DNA of 64,000 nt from Rhodothermales bacterium. GTDB taxonomy: Bacteria > Bacteroidota > Rhodothermia > Rhodothermales > Bin80. The notes below the pieces were generated by a model, which saw only the letters and a program-made list of their open reading frames with translations, was not told the origin of the DNA and ran no database searches. A program made the position numbers and the translations under genes. The stretch is taken from contig CBDBLZ010000008.1 of the NCBI GenBank assembly GCA_965207385.1, forward strand, positions 3,347-67,346. The letters run 5' to 3'. Positions 9,025 through 19,090 of the stretch are shown piece by piece. The stretch's first letter is position 1; every line of letters begins with the position of its first letter.

Positions 9025-9447
9025 AATATGCGGTGAATACAGCTCTTATTCTCCGCATCTTGCGCAGATGTTCCGCCTCGTGCGCCCATTGATCAAGCGC
9101 ACAACGCACCATCCGTTGCCGGACCGGCCAAGACAATAGCGGACTGGAGAGATCGCCCAAGTGCTGGACCCATCATGCACCCCTTGCCCTGGGGCACCTC
9201 CAGCGTCCGCACATGCTCCAAGCGCCGATTCGGAATTCAACGCATCGCACGCAGATCCGAAGAGGAATGCCTTCCGCCTGAAAGTCCAGTTTCGCGAGGT
9301 CGGCTCGACCCCTCAGGTGTTCAGCAGCGCCGGTTGCCCGTCTGCGGAAATGGCAGGCTCAATTCGCCAAGAAGAAGGGAACTGGAATAGGGTGCACCGC
9401 TGCCCCGAATGGGCACCGGAGCACAGCGTGAGGATGCGGGCTCCGCA

Positions 9448-10350
9448 CTAGAAGCTGTCCACCTGCCGGTAGGCCTCTATAAGAGCTGCCTCCCCGTCCT
9501 TGCCGGGCATCATGTTGCCATGCTCCATGCCCAGCACACCACTGAAGCCTTTCTCGTGGATGTGCTTGAAAACGTTGAGGTAGTTGATTTCCCCGGTAGT
9601 CGGCTCCTTGCGTCCCGGATTGTCTCCAATCTGGAAATAGGCGATTTCGTCCCAGGCAGCATCGATGTTCGGAATCAGGTTTCCTTCCGTGATCTGCTGG
9701 TGGTACAGGTCATTCAGAATCTTGCACGCAGGGCTGTCAACGGCCCTGCATATTTCGTAGGCCTGCGGAATCTTCGTCAGGAACAGCCCGGGGTGGTTTC
9801 TCGGATTTAGCGGCTCCAGCACCATGACCAGGCCGTGCGGCTCCAGTATGTCGCACGCCCCGCGCAGCGCCTCCACCACGTTCACGGTCTGGTAGCCCAT
9901 ATCGAGCCTGAGATCCACGTGGCCAGGCACGACGGTCATCCAGGTCGCATTGACCCGCTTTGCGACCTCCACGGACTCCCCTATCTCCTTCAGGAACTGC
10001 TGCCTTGCATCGGCGCTGCCGCTGGCAAGATTGGCCTCCCTCCACGAAATGGAATGGGCCACGAACACGCCCATCTGCATGCCGCGCTGCTCCATGGCAT
10101 TCGCAATGCGCTCCTGGGTCTGCACGCTCCGCCCTTTCATGCCGTTGTCTTCCCAGGCTGTGAAGCCCTGGTCAGCGGCGAACAGGATCTGGTCCACCAG
10201 GTCCTCGCCGGCGTGGTGGCTGAACATGCCAAAATGCGGAGCATACTTCAAATTGAATGCGCTCTGCGGTGAAGTGGAGGCAACAGGCACACACCCAAGT
10301 GCTCCCGCTGCTGCCGTTTTGACGAAGTGTCTGCGATCCATATTAGGCAT
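9448..10350 (-). CDS. Tat-exported TIM-barrel protein, hydroxypyruvate isomerase / xylose isomerase-like family
   Basis: Twin-arginine signal MDRRHFVKTAAAGALG. Hyi-like C-terminus YFQIGDNPGRKEPTTGEINY...GMEHG. Confidence 0.85.
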   Translation of the reverse strand: MPNMDRRHFVKTAAAGALGCVPVASTSPQSAFNLKYAPHFGMFSHHAGEDLVDQILFAADQGFTAWEDNGMKGRSVQTQERIANAMEQRGMQMGVFVAHSISWREANLASGSADARQQFLKEIGESVEVAKRVNATWMTVVPGHVDLRLDMGYQTVNVVEALRGACDILEPHGLVMVLEPLNPRNHPGLFLTKIPQAYEICRAVDSPACKILNDLYHQQITEGNLIPNIDAAWDEIAYFQIGDNPGRKEPTTGEINYLNVFKHIHEKGFSGVLGMEHGNMMPGKDGEAALIEAYRQVDSF

Positions 10351-10371
10351 GGTCAGAAGTTGGCGATCTTG

Positions 10372-11235
10372 CTACACGTCGCAGATAGCAATGGCCTGCC
10401 GCAAGGACACCAGCGGCGTGCGCGCAGGAATAAACTCCTGGCCCACGTGTCCCGCGTAGCCGGTCTCCACGATCGCTTGCATGATGGCCCGGTAATTGAG
10501 CTCCTGCGTGTCGTCGATTTCGTTGCGTCCCGGATTGCCGCCGGTATGGTAGTGCCCGATGTAGGCGTGGTTATCGCGGATGGTCCGGATAACGTCGCCC
10601 TCCATGATCTGCATGTGGTAAATGTCGTACAGCAGCTTGAAGTGCTCCGAGCCGACGCGCTGGCAGAGCTCCACGCCCCAGGCCGTGCGGTCGCACTGGT
10701 AATCCGCGTGATCGACCTTGCTGTTTAGCAGCTCCATGCAAACCGTTACGCCCGCCCGCTCGGCGTCTCCCATGATATGTCTTAGACCCTCGACACAGTT
10801 CTCGAGACCCGTCTCGTCATCCATTCCCCTGCGGTTCCCGGAAAAGCAGATCACGCGGTCAAGGCCCGCGTCGGCTACCTGCGCAATGCGCTCCCGGTAG
10901 CCGGCGATCAGCCATTCGTGGTTACCGGGCTCGTTAAAGCCGTCCGTTAGCCTGTTCTTGCCTTCCATGGAAGGGCCGAACGGCATGGCGCAAGTCAAAC
11001 CGAACTTCCTGACAACGGGCCATTCCTCGGGCTCCAGCAGCTCAACCGAACTTATACCCATCCCCTGCGCGGCCCGCGCAAGCTCTTCGACGGTGAAGCC
11101 GGGATAGCACCACTTGCATACCGAATGATTGATGTTGCCTCGCAGGGACGGCCATTCCTCGGGCGAAAACGCCGAGGATGCAGCGACGGCGGCCGTCGCC
11201 ACCAGCGAGTTCCGTACAAACTCTCTGCGACGCAT
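10372..11235 (-). CDS. Tat-exported TIM-barrel protein, hydroxypyruvate isomerase / xylose isomerase-like family
   Basis: Twin-arginine signal MRRREFVRNSLVATAAVAA. Hyi-like motif HYHTGGNPGRNEIDDTQELNY...GQEF. Confidence 0.85.
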   Translation of the reverse strand: MRRREFVRNSLVATAAVAASSAFSPEEWPSLRGNINHSVCKWCYPGFTVEELARAAQGMGISSVELLEPEEWPVVRKFGLTCAMPFGPSMEGKNRLTDGFNEPGNHEWLIAGYRERIAQVADAGLDRVICFSGNRRGMDDETGLENCVEGLRHIMGDAERAGVTVCMELLNSKVDHADYQCDRTAWGVELCQRVGSEHFKLLYDIYHMQIMEGDVIRTIRDNHAYIGHYHTGGNPGRNEIDDTQELNYRAIMQAIVETGYAGHVGQEFIPARTPLVSLRQAIAICDV

Positions 11236-11242
11236 ATATTTT

Positions 11243-12148
11243 CTAGTTCCGTACGGTCGGCAGTATGCGGTCCATGCGCTCGGCTATCTCCGCAAGCCGC
11301 ACGGCATCTCCACCGGCAATCTCCGCTGTAGCCCAGCCTTCGTAGCCGATCTCGTCAAGGGCACCCACGACGGCAGGCCAGTCGCAGTCTCCCTCGCCCA
11401 GCGGCACGCCGAAGCCCGCATACGGGCCTTCCCGGTCACGCTTGCCCCGACTGTATTCCTTGATGTCCAGCTTGAGAATGCGGTGGCCCAGCGTGCGAAT
11501 CCAGTGCTCCGGCCAGCCATAGTTGACCACGTTTCCCACGTCAAAATACCAGCCTATCCAATCGCTCTCGAATTCATCCAGGTAGCGCGCGCACTCTATC
11601 GGACTGAGCAGAAACATGTTCCAGACATTCTCGATTGCGATACGAACGCCGTACTCTGCCGCCATGGGCAGTACCTTGCGAATCTCTTCCTGACTGCGCC
11701 TGTATGCATCCTCGTATGACACGCCCTTGTTAACTACGGCTGGCACAAGCAGAACGGTTGAGGCGCCAAAGGCGCGGGCGTCATCCAGGGCCGTGCGCAG
11801 CCCGGCCAATCCCTCTGCGCGGACTTCCGGATCGGGGTCGGAGAGGGTCTTGTTCCAGTGCACCGAATCCACTACGCCGTGAATGGGCAGCCCAACCGCT
11901 TCTTTGGCGGCGAGGACTTCGTCTCGGTCCAGATCATTGGGGCTCGATAATTCGACACCGTCAAATCCCAGCGACTGCAGCAGACGAAACTTGCCCTCCA
12001 CCGACAGATCCTCTTGCACCATGCCGAATTTGACGGCCTTGCGAATGGAACTGGCCCGGGGCGACTGACTCCTCGCCGGGTGTGTACTTATGGCGGAGGC
12101 CAGCGCCACGGCCGCCGCGCCCTTTCTGAGAAAATCCCGTCTCTTCAT
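11243..12148 (-). CDS. Tat-exported sugar phosphate isomerase/epimerase (xylose isomerase-like TIM barrel)
   Basis: Trimmed to ATG 12148 (MKRRDFLRKGAAAVALA), which forms an ATGA overlap with the stop of the upstream Gfo gene. Confidence 0.85.
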   Translation of the reverse strand: MKRRDFLRKGAAAVALASAISTHPARSQSPRASSIRKAVKFGMVQEDLSVEGKFRLLQSLGFDGVELSSPNDLDRDEVLAAKEAVGLPIHGVVDSVHWNKTLSDPDPEVRAEGLAGLRTALDDARAFGASTVLLVPAVVNKGVSYEDAYRRSQEEIRKVLPMAAEYGVRIAIENVWNMFLLSPIECARYLDEFESDWIGWYFDVGNVVNYGWPEHWIRTLGHRILKLDIKEYSRGKRDREGPYAGFGVPLGEGDCDWPAVVGALDEIGYEGWATAEIAGGDAVRLAEIAERMDRILPTVRN

Positions 12149-13485
12149 CAGCCCTGCCTTGCTTGAGCCGTGTTGACGGACCACGGCGCGCGATCAAGGC
12201 TCGTCCTGCCTGGCACGGCCACCGCCGGAATGGGCATCGGACCGAAGGCCAGTGTAGGCGGAACGAGATCAAGGCCGGAGCCCGCCAGCTCGTCCCACGT
12301 GAGTTCCTGGCCCGTGTACGCGCTCTCGCGCCCCAGCACGGCCGTCAGCGTGCTGTCCGCAATCTGCCGCGTTTCGTTAATGGCCAAACCCTCACGGATG
12401 CTGTGAATGAGATCGGTGTGCTCCACCACGTAGGCGTTGTTTCCAGGCTCGGGAGCTTCAAACAGCACGGATCCTTCGTGGGACCGCAGCACGGACCACC
12501 CGGGATGCAGCTCTGCCACACCCTTCGTGCCCACGACGCGATTGGTCACCCGCGTGGTGACATCCTTCATCTGCCTGCACTTGGCTTCCACGCGCACGCC
12601 GCCCTCATACACGTATTCGACGCTGAAATGATCATAAATGTGGCCATACGACGGATCAACCCGCTCGATGCGTCCTCCCATGGCCAGGCAGGATTCCGGA
12701 CGCGCCTGGAAAACCCAGTTGATCACGTCCAGGTTGTGCACGAATTGCTCCACGATGTGATCGCCCGACAGCCAGGTGAAGTAGTACCAGTTGCGGCATT
12801 GCCATTCCATGTCCGACATGCCCGGCTTGCGGGGGCGCAGCCATATTGGCCCGGTCATATAGTACTCCTGGGCGGATACAAGCTCTCCAATCATGCCGTC
12901 GTGGATGCGCTTTATCGCCTCCACAAAACTCGGCTGCCTGCGATACAGCGTGCCGGCCACCACCGAGAGCCCTTTTTTCGTGGCCAGTTCGCCCGCCTCG
13001 TTTATGGCATGCGTCCCGGCCACGTCCACCGAGACGGGCTTCTCCATGAACACGTGCTTTCCGGCCTCGACGGCTGCCCGGAAATGAACCGGCCGAAATC
13101 CCGGCGGAGTCGCCAGAATGACCATGTCCACGTCGCTTTCGATGACATGCCGATACGCGTCAAATCCGACGAAAGCGTGCTCCCTGTCGACCTGGAACGC
13201 CGCTCCAATCTCTTGCTGAAGCCCTTGCATGGACCGGTCCAGCCGATCCTCAAACAGGTCTCCCATTGCAGAAATCACGACCCCGTCTGCCGATTGAACC
13301 GCGTCGCGGGCAGCCCCGGTACCCCGGCCGCCGCAGCCCACGACGCCTACCCGGATCGTATCCGTGCCGCCGGCATAAGCGAAATCGCCCCGGCCCATCA
13401 GCCCGGCAGACACGCCGAGCGTGGTAGCCGCCGACACTTTCAGGAATCGGCGGCGTGACTGGGTTGCATTGTCCTGTTCAGCCAT
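12148..13485 (-). CDS. Tat-exported Gfo/Idh/MocA family oxidoreductase
   Basis: Twin-arginine signal SRRRFLKVSAATTLG. Rossmann fold VGVVGCGGRGTGAA. Spot check of GC3 at 12301-12360 gave 19/20. Confidence 0.9.
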   Translation of the reverse strand: MAEQDNATQSRRRFLKVSAATTLGVSAGLMGRGDFAYAGGTDTIRVGVVGCGGRGTGAARDAVQSADGVVISAMGDLFEDRLDRSMQGLQQEIGAAFQVDREHAFVGFDAYRHVIESDVDMVILATPPGFRPVHFRAAVEAGKHVFMEKPVSVDVAGTHAINEAGELATKKGLSVVAGTLYRRQPSFVEAIKRIHDGMIGELVSAQEYYMTGPIWLRPRKPGMSDMEWQCRNWYYFTWLSGDHIVEQFVHNLDVINWVFQARPESCLAMGGRIERVDPSYGHIYDHFSVEYVYEGGVRVEAKCRQMKDVTTRVTNRVVGTKGVAELHPGWSVLRSHEGSVLFEAPEPGNNAYVVEHTDLIHSIREGLAINETRQIADSTLTAVLGRESAYTGQELTWDELAGSGLDLVPPTLAFGPMPIPAVAVPGRTSLDRAPWSVNTAQARQG

Positions 13486-14512
13486 GGCTCGTGCTTTTTG
13501 ATTGACACGTCAATATAGCAGATTTGGCATTGCCGGTTTCACGATCCTCCCCGAAACCGGGTGATTCAAGCATCTGCTCATGGTCCGCGCTTCGCAGGAT
13601 CAAGCGTACGGAAACGCCCGGCAATTCCTTGGCAAGGCAAAGGGCCGCAGCCGGCTCCATTACGCTGAAGGCTGACGCCAGCGCATCGGCATCCATTCCG
13701 GTGGACGCCGATACCACGACTGTCCGATTATCCGTCATCGCTCTTCCCGTGCGCGGATCCAGCAGGTGCGAATGCCGGACAGCACCCTGGTCGATGTATC
13801 GGGATGCCGGGCCCGAAGATGCGACGGCTTCGCCGGCGAGCTGCATCTTGCCGCCGCCGGGCAGCAGGACGCTCCAGCCAATACTGTCCGGCGGCGCCTC
13901 GGCCGCCGCTATGTCACCGCCTGCATCGACCAGCGCGTGCACAATCCCGTGCTGGGCAAGTACCCGCAGCGCTTCGCCTGCCGCATAGCCCTTCGCGATA
14001 CCCCCTAGGTCCAGGCGCATGCCGGCCTGAAGCAGCACGGCGCTGCCGTCCTCCACACGGAGCTTGGCGTAGTCCACCGCCTTCACCGCCTCGGCCACCT
14101 CGTCTGCCGGGGGCAACTGCCCGCGCCGGCGAGCCCAGCGCCAGAGCCGCGTCAAGGGCCCCACCGTAACGTCAAATGCTCCGCCCGTGAGCGCAGCGAT
14201 CTCCTGGCTGCGCGCGAGCACGGCATGCAGGTCCGCGCTCAGGGAAACGCTGCGCCCGGACCCGGCCGATGCTGACAGCCTGTTCAGCTCGCTTTCGGGC
14301 AGATAGTCGCTCAGGCGCCCATCCAGGCCTTCAATGCGGGAAAACGCCGCCCTTGCCGCCTCGTCCGCCCGAGCACTGTCGGGTGCATAGAGCACAATCC
14401 TGAACCACGTGCCCATGTGGGGCTCGCGGTAGTCGAACCGCTCCAGGCCTTGTGCCTGTGCGGCGCTTGCTATCAACAGTCCCGCGGCGGCCGCAGCGAC
14501 GCGCAGTCTCAA
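13478..14512 (-). CDS. apbE: FAD:protein FMN transferase (ApbE family), secreted
   Basis: Signal peptide MRLRVAAAAAGLLIASAAQAQ. ApbE-like motifs DVTVGPLTRLW and LGGIAKGYA. It overlaps both flanking Gfo genes (8 nt and 4 nt). Confidence 0.85.
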   Translation of the reverse strand: MRLRVAAAAAGLLIASAAQAQGLERFDYREPHMGTWFRIVLYAPDSARADEAARAAFSRIEGLDGRLSDYLPESELNRLSASAGSGRSVSLSADLHAVLARSQEIAALTGGAFDVTVGPLTRLWRWARRRGQLPPADEVAEAVKAVDYAKLRVEDGSAVLLQAGMRLDLGGIAKGYAAGEALRVLAQHGIVHALVDAGGDIAAAEAPPDSIGWSVLLPGGGKMQLAGEAVASSGPASRYIDQGAVRHSHLLDPRTGRAMTDNRTVVVSASTGMDADALASAFSVMEPAAALCLAKELPGVSVRLILRSADHEQMLESPGFGEDRETGNAKSAILTCQSKSTSHG

Positions 14513-15882
14513 ATCACGCGTGTAACACCCGGCACGGCAATGGCATAGCGTCCCTTCGCGTCCGGCATTACGGGCGGATTCACATCCCAGCCAAACGTGT
14601 CAGGGACCAGCTTGAGGTCGCTGTTGAGTGCGTCCTCCCAGGCAACCTCCTGACCGGAATACGTGGCCATGCGTCCCATGATGGAAGACATGGTGGCAAT
14701 GGCTCCGTTTTCAGTATCGGCGTACTTGTACTCGCCGGCGATTATGGCGGCGAACAGCTCATCATGCTCGACCTGGTAGGGATTCGGGTCCTCCTTTTCC
14801 CTGTGCTTGTAGATGATCTCACCCGAGGCGTCGTAGAGCTCTCCCGGAGCCGGCGCCGTACCCTTGGTGCCGTGGAAGGCCTCGGAGACGCGGTTCAGGC
14901 AGTCCGGCATGTGCCGGCACTGGCTTAAGACACGGCTACCGTTCTCGTATTCGAATTCGACAAAATGATGGTCGAAAATCTCGCCATGATCCGGGCCCGT
15001 GCGTACCAGCCGGCCCCCCTGGCCCTGCGCCCGCACCGGGTGGCCCTGCAAGACCCAGTTGGCCACGTCAATGTTGTGAATGTGCTGCTCGACAATGTGG
15101 TCGCCGCATAGCCAGTTGAAGTAGTACCAGTTTCGCATCTGGTACTCCATTTCCGTCAGCTTGCGCCCCGCCTTCTCCTCGTACTCGGCGCGCTCCCGCA
15201 CCCAGACGCCTCCTCCATTCCAGTACACGCGGCCAAGAATGATGTCACCAATGGCACCGTCGTGCATGCGGCTGACCCACTGGCGGTATACGGTTTCGTA
15301 GTGACGCTGCAGGCCTACAACCACGTTGAGCTTCTTTTCCTTGGCCTTCTTGCCCGTTTCGAGAATCTGCCGCACACCGGGTGCATCCGTCGCGAGGGGT
15401 TTTTCCATGAAGATCTGCTTGCCCGCCTCCACGGCCGCCTCGAAATGCAATGGACGAAATCCCGGAGGCGTGGTGAGTATCACAACGTCGGACTCCTCCA
15501 GCACCGCCTTGTATCCGTCGAAGCCGTCAAATCGACGTTCTTTGGGAACGTCCACCTGAACGGTCACATTGGCCTTGCTGCGAGCAAGCGAGGCAGGGTC
15601 CATGAGATTGTCGAAGCTCTCTTCGATGCGGTCCATGAAGGGGTCTGCCATGGCCACCAGGCGCACGTTCGATGATGCGCTCATTGCCTGCATTGCGGCG
15701 CCCGTGCCGCGACCACCACAGCCGATGAGCCCTACGCGAATGGTGTCATCCACTCCGTAGTAGGCGCTGGCTGAAAGCGGGAATTGGCTCGCCATGACGG
15801 ATCCGACCACGGCTGCGGTCCCCTTGACGAAATCCCGCCGCGTCACGGTGCGCGCCCGGTCGTTGGAATTGGCTTCTTTCAT
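14509..15882 (-). CDS. Tat-exported Gfo/Idh/MocA family oxidoreductase
   Basis: Twin-arginine signal TRRDFVKGTAAVVGS. Rossmann fold VGLIGCGGRGTGAA. It is a paralogue of 12148..13485, sharing for example RNWYYFxWLxGDHIVEQ. Confidence 0.9.
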   Translation of the reverse strand: MKEANSNDRARTVTRRDFVKGTAAVVGSVMASQFPLSASAYYGVDDTIRVGLIGCGGRGTGAAMQAMSASSNVRLVAMADPFMDRIEESFDNLMDPASLARSKANVTVQVDVPKERRFDGFDGYKAVLEESDVVILTTPPGFRPLHFEAAVEAGKQIFMEKPLATDAPGVRQILETGKKAKEKKLNVVVGLQRHYETVYRQWVSRMHDGAIGDIILGRVYWNGGGVWVRERAEYEEKAGRKLTEMEYQMRNWYYFNWLCGDHIVEQHIHNIDVANWVLQGHPVRAQGQGGRLVRTGPDHGEIFDHHFVEFEYENGSRVLSQCRHMPDCLNRVSEAFHGTKGTAPAPGELYDASGEIIYKHREKEDPNPYQVEHDELFAAIIAGEYKYADTENGAIATMSSIMGRMATYSGQEVAWEDALNSDLKLVPDTFGWDVNPPVMPDAKGRYAIAVPGVTRVI

Positions 15883-15925
15883 GCTGCTACCTCGCTGAAA
15901 TTTGGTTGGGTTGCTCTGCGGCCCG

Positions 15926-16900
15926 TCAGCCCCCCAGAACGGTGTCCCAGAAAGCCTGAATATCTTCAGGATCGGGACGCTCTACGGGTCTGATAATACG
16001 GAAACCCACAAAGGGGGAGTCTGTGTTCCACCACATGCTGCGGGGAATCTGCGGATCCCGCCGCTTCCAGTCAAGACTGGACTCCAGGCGGGCTGCGCAC
16101 CGGAGGTCCTCCGGGTCGTCGTCGTAGGCGCCTCCGCGTACGGTACGCGGATGAAGCCGCGTCGGCGGCATCCACGGATCGGCTCCCTCAAGGAGGGTAT
16201 ACGCCTCCGCCTCGTACTCATCCAGCGTCCATTCCGACACATTGCCGTGCATGTCGAACAGGCCCCACGGATTGGGCGCCTTGCCGCCTGGAGGCTGTAG
16301 CGTTTCACCGCTGTTGCCGTAATACCAGGCGTACGTGTCAAGCTGTGCCGGATCGTCGCCGAAGCTGTAGGCCGTCGTCGTGCCCGCCCGGCAGGCGTAT
16401 TCCCATTCCGCCTCCGTGGGGAGCCGGTAGAACTCACCGGTCTTTTCGCTCAGCCAGTGCGCGTATTGCAGCGCAGCCCATTGCGTGATCCCGCTGGCCG
16501 GATACCCCTGGTTTCCCATTCCATGGGCCGGATCTTCGTAGGGAGGACTCGGCCGCGCCACAATCTCCGGGTCGAAAACCACGCCCTCGGCCGCCGCTTC
16601 GCTATCCCGGTCCCGGTATCTGAAATGGGCATACTCATCATAGGTCACTTCATTTACGCCCATGTAGAAGCTGCCCACCGTTACGGAAATGCGCGGGCCC
16701 TCGTCACTGTCCCGGCCGTGTTCCGGTTCCGGACTGCCCAGGTAGAACGTGCCCCCGGGAAGCTTCACCATGTCAAAGGAAATGTCCGTGCCCGGGATGG
16801 TTTGGGTTATGACCTCAGACTCGGTCAATTGCGCCTGTACGGCAGCAGGCCGCGCGCCTGTGCCGACCAGGATGGCCCCCAAGAGCAGTCTACTGAGCAT
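15926..16900 (-). CDS. Formylglycine-generating enzyme (SUMF1/FGE-sulfatase domain) family protein, secreted
   Basis: Trimmed to ATG 16900 ([24 protein letters not shown] signal). FGE-type motifs [24 protein letters not shown] and RGGAY. Confidence 0.85.
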   Translation of the reverse strand: MLSRLLLGAILVGTGARPAAVQAQLTESEVITQTIPGTDISFDMVKLPGGTFYLGSPEPEHGRDSDEGPRISVTVGSFYMGVNEVTYDEYAHFRYRDRDSEAAAEGVVFDPEIVARPSPPYEDPAHGMGNQGYPASGITQWAALQYAHWLSEKTGEFYRLPTEAEWEYACRAGTTTAYSFGDDPAQLDTYAWYYGNSGETLQPPGGKAPNPWGLFDMHGNVSEWTLDEYEAEAYTLLEGADPWMPPTRLHPRTVRGGAYDDDPEDLRCAARLESSLDWKRRDPQIPRSMWWNTDSPFVGFRIIRPVERPDPEDIQAFWDTVLGG

Positions 16901-17897
16901 CCTTGGCAAACGCCGCGTCAAAGGCCGCCGCCGACGGAGCAAAGTCCATCTCCTTGACAGCGCCACAGGCTTCGGCCGCGCCGTGTTCCCGGTCCATGCC
17001 GCCGTCTTCCCACTCGATGGAAAGCGGACCGTCGTAGCCGGCGCGATTGAGCGCTCGAATGATCTCTTCGAAATCGATGCTGCCGCGGCCTATGCTCCGA
17101 AAGTCCCAGAACCGGTCCGCGTGACCGAAATCCGTGTGTCCGCCGAAGACCCCGGCGCGGGTAGGCCTTTCGGACCACCACACGTCCTTCATGTGGACGT
17201 GGAAGATGCGATCTCCAAAGTCATGTATGAACTGTACGTAGTCTACGCCCTGGTACCCGAAATGACTCGGGTCGTAGTTGAAACCGAATGACGGCCGGTG
17301 ATCGATGGCATGCAGCGCCCGATTGGCGCTTGAGATATCGAAAGCGATTTCCGTGGGATGGACTTCCAATGCAAAGCGAACGCCCACTTCCTCGAATACA
17401 TCCAGAATCGGATTCCATCGCCGCGCGAAGTCCGCGTAGCCCGCGTCAATCATCTCGGCCGTGTTGGGCGGAAACGAGTAAAGCAGGTGCCAGATGCTGC
17501 TGCCCGTGAAGCCGTTGACCACGCTTACCCCCAGTCGAGAGGCGGCCCGTGCCGTGCGCTGCATTTCCGAAGCGGCTCGCTGCCGCACCCCTTCCGGGTC
17601 GCCGTCACCCCACACCTCGGGCGGAAGGATGGCCTGGTGGCGCTGGTCAATCCGGTCGCAGACCGCCTGGCCCACCAGATGGTTGCTTATGGCGTGAAGC
17701 TGGAGCCCGTGCCGGGAGAGGAGCTTGCGCCGGCCCCTGCAATAGGAATCGTCCTGCAGGGCCTCGCTGACACTGAAGTGGTCACCCCAGCAGGCCAATT
17801 CCAGGCCATCATAACCCCAGGACGCGGCCTTTGCGGCCAGGACTTCAAGCGGAAGATCGGCCCACTGGCCGGTGAACAGGGTAACGGGTCTGGCCAT
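16890..17897 (-). CDS. sugar phosphate isomerase/epimerase (xylose isomerase-like TIM barrel), cytoplasmic
   Basis: N-terminus reads [15 protein letters not shown]. No signal peptide. It lies directly downstream of a cytoplasmic Gfo gene. Confidence 0.85.
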   Translation of the reverse strand: MARPVTLFTGQWADLPLEVLAAKAASWGYDGLELACWGDHFSVSEALQDDSYCRGRRKLLSRHGLQLHAISNHLVGQAVCDRIDQRHQAILPPEVWGDGDPEGVRQRAASEMQRTARAASRLGVSVVNGFTGSSIWHLLYSFPPNTAEMIDAGYADFARRWNPILDVFEEVGVRFALEVHPTEIAFDISSANRALHAIDHRPSFGFNYDPSHFGYQGVDYVQFIHDFGDRIFHVHMKDVWWSERPTRAGVFGGHTDFGHADRFWDFRSIGRGSIDFEEIIRALNRAGYDGPLSIEWEDGGMDREHGAAEACGAVKEMDFAPSAAAFDAAFAKDAQ

Positions 17898-17924
17898 GAT
17901 GAATATCTGGATCGAGGGCGAATT

Positions 17925-19088
17925 CTAGGATGGCGGAGCATACGTCGCATCCACCCAGCTTCGACGTCGTCCGCTTTCCAGCGCTGTATGAATGAAATGC
18001 ACGCCGCGGGCCCCGTCGGCGACATCCGGATAATCCCGGTCAAAGTCCGACGGCTTCAGGCCCGCTATCCGGGCCGCAATGGTGCGCCCGGCATTCACGT
18101 ATATGTTGGCGAAAGCTTCAAGGAACGCCTCCGGATGGCCGCTCGGCAGCCGCGAATTGTGCTGGGCGACCGGCTCCAGGTAATCGTTCCCGCGCTTGAG
18201 CACCTGCTCGGGCCCGGAGAGCTCCCTGTGGTAGAGCCAGTTGGGATGCTCCTGAAACCACTGCAGTGATCCTTCCGAGCCGTGGACCCGGATATTCAGG
18301 TTGTTCTCCTCGCCGATGGAGACCTGGGAAGCGTGCAGCACCCCGCGTGCGCCTCCTCGGTAATGGACCAGCATGTTGACGTCATCGTCAATGGGCCGCC
18401 CCTCGACAAAGGTCGACACGTCGGCACACAGCGCCTCCAGTTCCAGTCCCGTGACGTACCGGGCCAGGTTCTCCGCATGCGAACCAATGTCACCCAGGGC
18501 ACCCGCACCGGCTCTCTTGGGGTCTGTACGCCAATCCGCTTGCTTGTGCCCCTCGCGCTCGATCGGCGTAGCCAGCCATCCCTGCGGATATTCGACTACC
18601 ACCTTGCGCACGGTGCCGATGCGACCGGACGCCACCATGGCCCTGGCCTGCTTCACCATGGGATAGCCGGTGTAGTTGTGCGTGAGTGCAAACACGAGCC
18701 CCGTACTTGCTACAAGGCGGCACAGCGCCTCCGCATCCTGCAGCGTGTTGGTCATGGGCTTGTCGCAGATAACGTGAAAGCCTCCCTCCAGAAACGCCTT
18801 GGCCACCGGGAAGTGCATATGGTTGGGCGTAACGATAGAGACAAGGTCGATGCGGTCTCCGCGTGCAGCTTCCCGTTCCACCATTTCCTGGAATGAATCG
18901 TAGACGCGGTCCGCTTCCAGCCCGAGTGCGTGGCCCTGCTGCCGGGATTTTTCCGCGCTCGCGGAGAAAGCGCCCGCCACGAGTTCCATGGTCCCGTCGA
19001 GGGCCGCCGCCATGCGATGGACCCCGCCAATAAAGGCGCCGGGACCGCCGCCCACCATGCCGTACCGCAGTTTTCTGTTGAGCCCCAT
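17925..19088 (-). CDS. Gfo/Idh/MocA family oxidoreductase (cytoplasmic)
   Basis: Trimmed to ATG 19088 ([24 protein letters not shown]). The upstream 65 aa of the track ORF overlap the preceding gene and are Arg-rich. Confidence 0.9.
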   Translation of the reverse strand: MGLNRKLRYGMVGGGPGAFIGGVHRMAAALDGTMELVAGAFSASAEKSRQQGHALGLEADRVYDSFQEMVEREAARGDRIDLVSIVTPNHMHFPVAKAFLEGGFHVICDKPMTNTLQDAEALCRLVASTGLVFALTHNYTGYPMVKQARAMVASGRIGTVRKVVVEYPQGWLATPIEREGHKQADWRTDPKRAGAGALGDIGSHAENLARYVTGLELEALCADVSTFVEGRPIDDDVNMLVHYRGGARGVLHASQVSIGEENNLNIRVHGSEGSLQWFQEHPNWLYHRELSGPEQVLKRGNDYLEPVAQHNSRLPSGHPEAFLEAFANIYVNAGRTIAARIAGLKPSDFDRDYPDVADGARGVHFIHTALESGRRRSWVDATYAPPS

Positions 19089-19090
19089 GA

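Noticed and set aside
4450-9360. Shared 9-mer AATGGCAGG near both islet edges (about 4461 and about 9349) as possible att/direct repeats.
   Set aside because: A single 9-nt match between two ~400-bp regions is expected by chance (roughly 0.6 expected matches). There is no extended repeat and no integrase.
12163-13458. Long antisense ORFs opposite well-supported genes. Examples are 12163..13458 (+), 6635..7672 (+), 21471..22607 (-), 22790..24082 (-), 36653..38005 (+), 54368..56092 (+), 28408..29373 (-), 46750..47808 (+) and 52416..53432 (+).
   Set aside because: Their products are Arg/Ala/Gly/Pro/Ser-rich with no recognisable motifs. They lie exactly opposite genes with clear family signatures and roughly 90% GC3. 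These are typical shadow ORFs of a high-GC genome.
15926-16900. The FGE/C-type-lectin-fold protein as a diversity-generating retroelement (DGR) target.
   Set aside because: There is no reverse transcriptase gene, no template/variable repeat pair and no Asn/AAC-rich variable C-terminus in the window.
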